DNA of 64,000 bases from Azolla caroliniana (taxonomy: Eukaryota; Plantae; Polypodiophyta). The first letter of the stretch is position 1; every line of letters starts with the position of its first letter. The notes under the pieces were generated by a model. That model was not told the DNA's origin. It made no database searches and was given only the letters and a program-made list of their open reading frames with translations. Location of the stretch: assembly GCA_043228905.1 (NCBI GenBank), contig JBHGNT010000001.1, forward strand, positions 7,936,001 to 8,000,000, read 5' to 3'. This document shows positions 1-9,473 of this stretch, in pieces. The translations under genes and the position numbers were made by a program.

Positions 1-1142
1 AGTGGTTATCCTTTTTGGAGAAACCGGATCAACCAGGAGTAGTCGAAACCGGAGACAACACTCCTCACCCAATCGTGCACGTCGGAGAAGTTCCTTTGAG
101 CCACGTCGGACAAAAGGGGAAACTGATAAACGTATTACACGTTCCGACAATCACGAAGAACCTGGTGTCGGTCGGATAGATCGTCGACCAAAGGATGCAG
201 GTGCGGTTTACGCACCTAGGGTGCTTCATCGAGGAAGAGGGCCAGATTATTGTGCAAGGGCGCAGAGACAGGAGGATGTTTATCCTCGACACCAATGACG
301 TCGGCACCGCTCTGTTTGCAAAAGGACAGAAGGTCGAATCGGACATCGACCTGTGGCACAAGCGGATAGGCCACATCAATTACCGGAGGCTTCAAGACCT
401 GCAAGCGAAACAAGTTTTTTTCGGTTTGCCGAAGTTCAGCGGCCTGAACGCCCAAGTATGTGAAGCCTGCCAACTCGGGAAGCAACACCGGCTTCCATTC
501 CCCACCGAACGTAACCAGAGCCGTAACAAGCTCGACCTTATCCATTCGGATGTGTGGGGACCGGCACAGAATGTTCGATATTTCGTCTCCTTCATTGACG
601 ACTATACGCGGCACACATGGATCTACCTCATTGAGCAGAAGAGTGAAGTCTTCGAGTGTTTCCGGAGTCTCCAAAGCATGGTGGAACGGGAATCGGAGAG
701 AAAGATCAAATGCCTACGGTCAGATGGCAGAAAAGAATACTTTTCCGGCCAATTCAACAGTTATCTGCAGCAAAAGGGAATTCGGCGAGAGTTCAATTGC
801 AGATACACACTGCAACAGAACAGTGTTGCCGATTCGGAAGAACCGGATCAACTCAAGGCCAAGAGGACGAGAAGGCAGCGAAAGTCAACGCCAACACGAA
901 GGAATCGGCGAACTGGAACGCACCGAAGTCACAGCAGCAAGGGAGCTGAATTGGGCCTGTTGAGCAGACAAGCCGACCGAGGAGGTCGAGGTGTGCAGAA
1001 CAAGAGGGGTCGCGGCAAACAGAACCGGACCGAACAAGGAGCGCAAGCAAGGCAGAGCGACGCCAGGAGAAGTTGGTTGGAAGAACCGACTGCCACAGAG
1101 GGTGACACTAGGATCCAACCTCAAGTTGAGCTTGAGGGGGAG
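1..1142 (+). mobile_element. Ty1/copia LTR retrotransposon, defective internal region (protease end, GAG-pre-integrase, partial integrase; RT/RNase H missing)
   Basis: Frame 3 reads NVLHVPTITKNLVSVG* (in-frame TAG), then DLWHKRIGH..CEACQLGKQHRLPF, LDLIHSDVWGP, FIDDYTR, CLRSDG and YTLQQNSVA. Similarity stops at ~830. Polypurine tract GAGGGGGAG at 1134-1142. Confidence 0.93.
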
Positions 1143-1545
1143 TGTTGAGTGGCAAGCTCAACTGGAGCCAGATTGGCTGGATAAGCCTGAGCCGGTGAGC
1201 AAGACGGATCGGTAAGCCGGAGAGCAACCGAGCCAGCAAGCAATAGAGCCGGTTAGCCAAATCCAATCGGTAATCGGAAGCCTAGTATTAGTTTAGACTA
1301 CTAGGCAGATATAGTCTCGTAGTAAGTGTCAGATGCTCGTGTGAGCATTGAAGTACACGGTACTTCTGTCAGTCCCACGAGGACTTGTATAAATAGTGCT
1401 ACTGAGCACAGTTGTAAGTGAGAGAGTGTCTATATTGTTTTGAATATAGCTTTTACGTTTTTGCTCTCTCTGTCTCTCCCATGTACTCTATGTATTCTCT
1501 ACTTTCTCTGTTTTCTAACGCTTCCGCAAGTAATCGTTTACAACA
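1143..1545 (+). mobile_element. 3' LTR of the copia element
   Basis: Starts TGTTG directly after the PPT and ends CAACA (1541-1545; 1548 is an alternative end). TATAAAT at ~1388. Confidence 0.8.
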
Positions 1546-2481
1546 ACAAAGTAGTCCTAAATCTTTAAGACTAATGGTAACCCCAATCGAAAAGGAACAA
1601 TTTTTGGCGAGCGAGTTATAAAAGTCACTTTTGTGTCGTATTACCTCATCTACTTGCACTTTTAGTTTTCTTCTCCATTTTTAATCTAAGCTAGAACTCT
1701 CTCTCCCATACTTTTGAAGTGACTGATTAGTGTTAAGTGTTATTTAGCCAAACTCTAATCGCTCCTCCTTTTTGTATTTGTTGTGGTGACTTTTCTATTT
1801 AACTGGGGTGTGGTTAGCATTGTTGCGTGCAATCTCTTTCACATGTGTATGTGTCTAGCATTTAATTAAGCCTTTGCAATGCATTAATTACTTCTTGATT
1901 AGATTTATCTTAGTGAAAGATGGGCGAGAGTTCACGAAATTAGGGTAAGCAAAGTTAGTGACTTGAGAGTGCTTGACAACTATGCTTGCTCAACTCAAAG
2001 GGGAATACAATGGCCTAGACCCCTTGGTGAGTGATATTGGCGTAGAGATATAACTCCACTAATACAAGAGCAAGGAGAATGGCGAGGAGCAGGAGCATAG
2101 CATGGCGAGAAGAGGAAATGGCGGGCAGGAGCAGGAGCACGCGCGTTGGCTAGCAATGCGCCATAGTCTAGGTTCTGCTTCTTGAGGAGAGAGTGTGCAA
2201 CAGCTAACGCAGGAGGGAGTTTCAGCCGCTCGTTAGTGGTTGTCCTGTTCTGATCAGCAGTTGTTCTGCTCTAGTGTGCTGTCAGGTACCTGCAACCCCC
2301 CTCCCCCCAATAGAAAATAAATAATAATAATAATAATAAACAAAAAAACGACAAAAATAAAATAAAAAAAGGGAAGGAAAAAACAAAAAACAGAATCGAT
2401 AGAGTGCTATGGTGGGAGGAACCAAACTTCCAACATAACCCACTTTGCTACAAGGAGGAGGAATAGATCTTGACATCACAT

Positions 2482-3095
2482 TGTCGTGCCTTACGGCTCC
2501 GGATCGTTGCGTGAGTCGGGTGGGAACCACTAGGGTTTTGGACTAGGAGGAAAGAAAATTCTAAGGCAATTAAGAATATGAAATATATTGTAAGAAAGAA
2601 AGATATGAAAACTCGTGAATCCCACGAGTATAGTGTATTAGTGAGTAATCAAATTAAGAGAGAAAAAAATAGTTAGCAAATTCGTGAATCCCACGATTAT
2701 ATTATATTAATCAACCCTTGTAAAATAATCAACAACCTCTATACATCTTTCTCTTTTCCTTATATAGTGTTGGAAGAGTCTAAGTTTTTCACATGCAAGC
2801 ATCATGCTTTTCCTATCTTTAGTTTTCATGCACATTGCATGTGCATGATTAGCTTTTTATCTCATCTTTTCTTTTTACTCGAGTGTCTATGCATGAATAA
2901 CTTTTTTGTACAATGCATCTCTAGAAAGTTTACATGGGATAAAGTTTAGTATAACTTTAAAATTCATAATACGCTAGTATAATGATAAGGCTTAACATTA
3001 TTAACATGGAGGTGCAAGGTTCGAATCTTGCCCTATGCATGTAATATATATATTTTTATACTTTCTTCTATTTACAAATATGTCTCTTCATCCGG
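2482..3095 (-). mobile_element. Solo-LTR-like insertion in LINE-A ORF1 (reverse-oriented relative of 7463-8124)
   Basis: Begins TGTCGTG. 2520-2551 resembles the reverse complement of the subterminal motif at ~8057-8087. It splits ORF1 between GIDLD (~2460) and LSPA (~3103), which are contiguous as GIDLYLSPA in LINE-B. Right boundary and TSD not resolved. Confidence 0.55.
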
Positions 3096-6000
3096 TGAGA
3101 GACTCTCACCGGCCTTCTATTTCTATTTACAAATCGTACAACTACGTCGTACTTCCTTTGTATGTAGGTTTCTAGCAGGTCAACCAAGTCGTGGCATGGT
3201 TCGGGGCATGCTCCCAAGTGGCTGTGATGGAAAAAATGCCTTCGATCAAGCGCGTCAGGGGTTTAGGGAAAATTTTCTTCCACATTGAATTGGGTGATGG
3301 CGCAATGGCGCAACTATTGGTAGAGCTCAAGGTACTTGCATTGGAGTACAACAAGGTGTTGCTCCAACCGTGGTCACTAGGGTTCAATCCAATTGAGGAG
3401 TTACGGAAACTTAACAATCCTAGGGTGAATCACCGCAACATTTCCTAGCCTCCCTCCCCACTTGTGTCATCTGCTCCCTTTTTTTGGCGAACAAAAAGGG
3501 ACAATTTGCCCTAAAAAATTTCCATGGCAAATACTGTAGAGGAGGTGCCCAAGCTACGCATCTTAGTGCCTTCCCTCCAATGGACTTCCAACAAGAATTA
3601 GGCTCTACTTTGAGGAGCTAGGTCTCACAATGGTGAATGTGGTTTATGAGGGACTCCCTGGGCAGTGTTTCATCTACAAACAGAAAGGACACCTAGCTAA
3701 GGAATGTCCTCGTAAGATTGGAAAGGGAAGCTCGGGACCTCGAACCTCCGGGAAGGCCGCGTCAACCAAGGACAACGAGGCTCCTTGGCAACCTGTTAAG
3801 AAGCATGGGAATCTTGGAAGCCTAGGTGTAGCCTCGATTAGTGAAATTGTGGATCCGGACATCCAAAATCAAGGGCAAAGGGAAGGGTAATATAGGCAAA
3901 CCATCACCTGGTTTGGTGACAACTATTTGGGATAGAGGGGTGCAGGATGTGCAACAGCTTAGGAGCCAAAATGTATTGCGGGAACTATTTGAAGTGGGTC
4001 GGGAACGACACAACGAGAATCCCTTAGGGCGTCTGCAATCTATTGTGGAGTCCCTACCCCCCGAAGCAGTTGGTAGTTTGCCCCATGACATGGGGGTCGG
4101 CCCCGACATGGACGTCAACCTCACCGTCTTCGGATGAGGATCCTAACGTGGAATATATAGGGCCTTGGTGGAGGCCGGCATAATCAAGAGTGTAGAAGAT
4201 ATCGGGAGGAGTTGAATCCCCTTAATATTGGGGGCAACATTGACATATTGCTTTTGCAGGAACACCACCTCTCTCAAGAGAGAGCTCAAAGCCTAGTAAA
4301 CCCCTTGTTGGGTGGGTGGACCACGTGATGGTCGGCTGCACAGGGTGACCTCCACCGAAGAGGAGGGATCTACATCTCGATCAGCGATAAGGCCCATACA
4401 AAGTAACATCACATGGCACACTGGTGGCTGGTAGAGCCTTATATGTGCATTTGAAATGGAATCGCCTACAGATTGGGGTGTTAAACATTTATGAACCTAA
4501 CTCATCCCCCGAGAGAGCAATCTTCTAGAGGATGTTAGCGTCAACATTGCCTGATGTCAGGTGATTTCAACATGACTGAGCACCTGGGAGATAGGAAAGG
4601 GGGGACCCAGATTCATGGTACGGAGCTGGATTGATGGGCTTTCCTAATTGGAAAAATCAGGGTGAAGGATACATGGGGCTCTTCGCTTAGTAGGTGCTCA
4701 CATTCGTTACACTTCTCCCGAGTTGCCACGAATGCTAGGGTTGGTAGTCTTGCACGGCTAGACCGCATATACATCAACTCATCCCTTGAAGAGATGAGGG
4801 GGATCCTTTGCTATCATGGCAGGTCTTACCTTCTCTGATCACCAACCGATGAGACTAAACCTTAACCCAGCCTGCGGTAGCAAGGGGAGTCTCAATCTGA
4901 AAATCCCCACAAACATCATGAAGAGTGCAGAGGTGAAGGCAGGTCTACAGAGTACATGGCGGGAGACCATTGTAAGTGAATCGGCCAGTGAGGATTTGCA
5001 GAAAAAATTGCCCGTCTCCTCTTCCTTACAACAGGAAACCAAACAGGCCCTCCAACAAGTCTGAGCCATTGAAACAAAATTACGGAAGTCCGTTGCGGCA
5101 ACGCAATGGTTGCTACAAGCAGACCCTGGTTGCAATTGGTCTAGAGCTAAGTTGGAGGAAGCAAAGATGAAGCTGCAGGAAAGGACATTGGGAAAGAACT
5201 GAATGCTATTTCGAAGGACCACAACATGGTGGGCTAGAACAGACGACAAGGTCAACCAACATTTCTTTCATTCCAGGGCACCCAAGGGTGGTGGTGGACG
5301 TATACAAGGGCTGCGCAAACCAGACGGCTCAATAACGGAGGACGAGGATGAGATTTTGCATATGGAAACACTATACTATCGCAACCTACTCGCACCTATG
5401 CATATGCGGCAAAACACGGAGGTGGTTGATAGGGTCATGGCTTGCATTCACCCCAAGGTAACTCAAGAGATGGAAGTTGTGCTCGATAGCCCCATTTGTC
5501 GATTAGAACTCTCAGAGGGCAAGGAATTGTGGAGAGGAGCATGCCTTGGCCCCGATGGTCTCTCACGAGATTTTTTTGAGATTCATTGGGAAAGTGTTAT
5601 CTCGTCATTGGAAGCCAGGGTTCAGGAGATTTGGACCTCAGGAACGATGCCGACAGGTCTGGCTGAGGGGATGATCTATCTCATCCCCAAAGCGGTAGGG
5701 CGAAGCGTAGAGTTATCCTAGTGGCGTCCAATCATGATCCTTAACACGATATACAAGATTCTCGCAAAAGTCCGAGCTCGGCGGATAGCAAGCTTCTTAC
5801 CAGACATCATACATGAGACTCAAACAGGGTTTATCAAGGGTAGGTGTATCTTTGATAATGTGCTACTTCTCTGGGAAGTTATGGCATTGGCAGATCGCTC
5901 TGTATCGAGCTCGACTATTCTGATGTTAGACTTTGAGAAGGCCTACGATAGGGTATTATGGCCCTTTTTGGAAAGTGTGATGAGAGCTATGGGCCTACCC

Positions 6001-7462
6001 CAACAATGGAGCAATTGCACTTCTGCACTCTTTCGGACTACTACAAGTAGCGTGTTGGTAGCTGGTGCTAGGGGCCCCGCCTTCCAACTACATCGCTCAG
6101 TGAGGCAAGGTTGTCCCCTAGACCCATATCTCTATCTATTTTTAACTAAGCCTTTCTCTGCCTACTTACAAGCACCAAGCAGTGGACTGAACATCTCCAA
6201 TGCGATTGAAGATCTTCTGTTATCTGAATATGCCAACGATACGATGACCGTCCTTTTCTTGTAGGCGATGATGAGAATTTTCAGCGGGTTGAACATCTTG
6301 TCGAGGACTTTTGTCAAGCCGCTCGTGCCAAGGTCAATTGTGATAAAAACCAAGGCCTTATGTTCAATGAACAAGAGAAACCAAGGTGGCAACCCCGTGC
6401 TGATTTTACATGGGTCCCTGATGGGACGACATTAAAGTATCCCCAAGGGAGTGCAATTGTCCCATGTGCAAGCCAAACAAGCAGGAAGTTGAACCAATGG
6501 AGTAGATCTAAATTATCCTTCACTGGTAGGGTCCTTATTACGAACCAAGTGATGCTCGCTACCACGTGGCACTTAGTGTCTTGTTGGATTATGGACCCTG
6601 CACGTTTGCACGCGATTAAGGCTTCCATCAGGGGGTTTATATGGTCATGTAAGGACAACCCGATGGCTACCGCCAGAGTGTCATGGCATTGGTTAACACA
6701 ATTGCGGGCCAAAGGGGGGCTTGGCCTCATAGACCCCTAAATGCAGAGCCGAGCATTGCTAGCCAAAATGGCTGTTCAATGCCTCCTGCCAAGTAAGGGG
6801 TGCTAGAAGGTACTATTTCGCAACAGGTTGCAAGCAGGGACTCCCAAGTATGGTAGGCCTTGGCATGACTCCTTGAACTAGTGTTGCACGAGCGGAGTCC
6901 CACCCAAGATGGCTTGTCAACCGAAGGACATGTGTTTGAACTCCATCTTGCGGGCATGGTGTCACGTACGACATCATTTGGTCAAGCACACCGTAGAGAC
7001 ACTAATCGAGTGGTCTAGACAACCATTATTTTGGAACCCTCAGGTGCGAACAAGTGACGACATGATGTTAGGGCAACTTAAGGGCCTAGCATGGGGAAAG
7101 TTGGCGCAAAGGCTCCACTCTATAGATGATTGGAGACGCACGGTTGCTTTAGGAGGAGCCCATGAGGCCCCGTTCCCTCCCCTCAAGGGAGCTATGAAAA
7201 TGCGGAGATTGAAAGTTGAGGCAGTTGATAGGGTTCCGATGGGGGAGGTGAGAGAAGATCCATGGTTCGGTCTATTTGATGAGGTTGGAATGGTTAAGTT
7301 GTTGAAGCGCACAAGCGAATCGAGAAGAGATACAATTTTTGGGGAGAGTCAGAGTAGGGACTCTTGGCACCCAATCCGACTGGTGGCGTAGGTTGATAAC
7401 ATCTGGAAGACAGACCCAGATGTTCCTAAGGTGGAACCCCATTGGAAGTTATGGGTATACGG

Positions 7463-8124
7463 TGTCGTGATGTGGCATGTCTAGTGCGAGAAAAACTCAA
7501 AAATTGAGGATCCACGCACATTTCACGAATACTTGTAAAAATGAAAATAAATAAACCTAAGTCACAATGGCATTGAGTGCATGTAGAGGGTTGCAAGTAG
7601 GTTTTGAACCTTGCACCTCTAAGGTAAGAGGCAATTACCTTACCACTAAAGCTACTACTAAGTGCTTTAGATGTTCTATATTTCTTTCTCATATTCAGTA
7701 TTCCGAAGGAAACAAACGAACAAAACCGTGTACACAAAACCACGGTTTTAAGCCCATGGTTTCCTGCATGTCACAAAGCAAAATTGTGTGCACAGAAACC
7801 ATGGCTCCAAGCCCATGGTTTTGTGCATGGACAAACCTATAAAACCCCTAGTACGGCTTGTGTAAGGGGGGCTCAATATGATATGACCTTCATCATCACC
7901 ATCAATAATATAAGCTTCTATTTCTTCTTCTTCGCATCTATCTTGTAATTATTTATCTACTTCTCAAAGTGTACAATCTTCAATCTTCTCAAGTGTAATA
8001 GGTCTTCCTCCAATCTTACATTCACATCGTCCTCTTCTCAATACCTTGACGGACATCCTCCTTGGTCCAAGACCCTGGTGGTCCCGCTCAAGCGAAGCAC
8101 GCTCGCACGCGCATCTTCGCGACA
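7463..8124 (+). mobile_element. Solo LTR (662 bp) nested in LINE-A ORF2
   Basis: Ends TGTCGTGA...TCGCGACA with 4-bp TSD ACGG (7459-7462, 8125-8128). Removing it restores the LINE frame WVYGCRPLVELEWD. TATAAA at ~7837. Confidence 0.88.
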
Positions 8125-9473
8125 ACGGTTGTCGTCCCCTCGTTGAACTAGAATGGGACCCAAGGGATTTCAAGTGGAAACATGATGGCAGACTCCGCCA
8201 TTTCTTCAAGTACAACACTAAATTGGGTCGGACTTTGGAACTGCAGCTAGACGGCCCCTTACGCAATGGCCAGCGAACATTGGGTGTCCCTGATGAGGTG
8301 CTCATTACCTTTTGGAAGGGTCTCTAGCATCTCCACATGCCTGAAAAGATCAAGCTCTTTTGGTGGCAAATCGGTCATAATGTGGTTCTTGTTGGCGAAT
8401 GGCTAGGTAAACGTGGCGGCCCGTTAGGTTGCCCACTTTGCTCTTCACCTATTGAGACTCTGAGACATTGTCTATGGGATTGCTCTCAAGCTCAAAAGGT
8501 ATGGGATAGAGTGACTCGCCTCCTTGCGGCATGTTAAGCAGAAGGAACAACATCATAGAGTGTTGCGGCATGGATTGATCACTCGGTTGATAGGTGGACG
8601 GTTGCCTTCAATGCGGATAGTTGGTGTTATGTATGCACGAGAGGCAAAATTGTCAAGATCCGTTTTGAGAGAGGCTTGCAGTCCACATCCCCTAGGTTCT
8701 GGAAATTTGGATGTTGATCACAAGCTTCTCCCTGTGGTATGTATGGAAAGCGCGTTGCCTAAAGGTCTTCCAAGATCTGGTACAGCCCCCGAAGGAAGTG
8801 ATCATGGACATATGGTTTGCGCTTATCAGCTACCAACACGAGCAATTGGACGCGGTTTGCAACCATTCCAACGATATGGTCACTGCCCGTTTGTGCTTTT
8901 GGCAGAAACGGTGCAACACTCCTATGGTGACACAAGGAGGAAGTGGCCCGAGGTGGAACTACCAACCCCCACGCTAGTTATTTCCTACTCACCTGCCACC
9001 ACCCTCCCTTCGTTGTAGGCCCCAGGAGTTGGCTCGTACTAGCCAACACTGAAGAGCACCTTTTTTAGCTATAGGTATCTACTTACATTAAGTAGTCAGT
9101 ACGAAAGGCTAGGTAAGTAGTCTCATTTTCTTGAACTTGATCAGACGGAGATTCCCTGATTTGTGTATAAGCCTCCTTGTACAGTCTCTTTGTAATAATC
9201 CTTCCTAACAAATGGGAAAGTAGCTTCATTTTGGAAAAAAAGGAAAAAAAGACTCCACTAATACAAAGAAATCTGCTTAGTGAGAACACCTAGAGCCTAG
9301 AGGCGCCATATTGAGACAAAAGACAAACCTGAAAAATGGTGTGACACTAGAATGTAACCGAAAACTTTCAAGCAAGCCATTTTTTCATGTACATATAAAT
9401 GTGATTTCTTTGAGCACATGCCTAGGAAAAGAGATCCATGCCCTTAAATCTATATCAAAGAAAACAAGGTTTC

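Larger units (their letters stand above)
2068..9251 (+). mobile_element. LINE-A: full-length decayed L1-type non-LTR retrotransposon
   Basis: 15-bp TSD ACTCCACTAATACAA at 2053-2067 and 9252-9266, with an A-rich tail. ORF1 remnants include a degenerate zinc knuckle (CFIYKQKGHLAKECP). ORF2 starts at ATG 4134 (MRILTWN; endonuclease LLQEHHL, RLDRIY, SDHQP; RT LDFEKAYD, SVRQGCPL, EYANDT; zinc finger CPLC..HCLWDC). Many stops and frameshifts. Confidence 0.93.

Noticed and set aside
2974-3032. Functional tRNA genes here and at 7596-7657
   Set aside because: No convincing acceptor stem or 7-nt anticodon loop, and both lie within TE sequence. Reported as tRNA-like modules instead.
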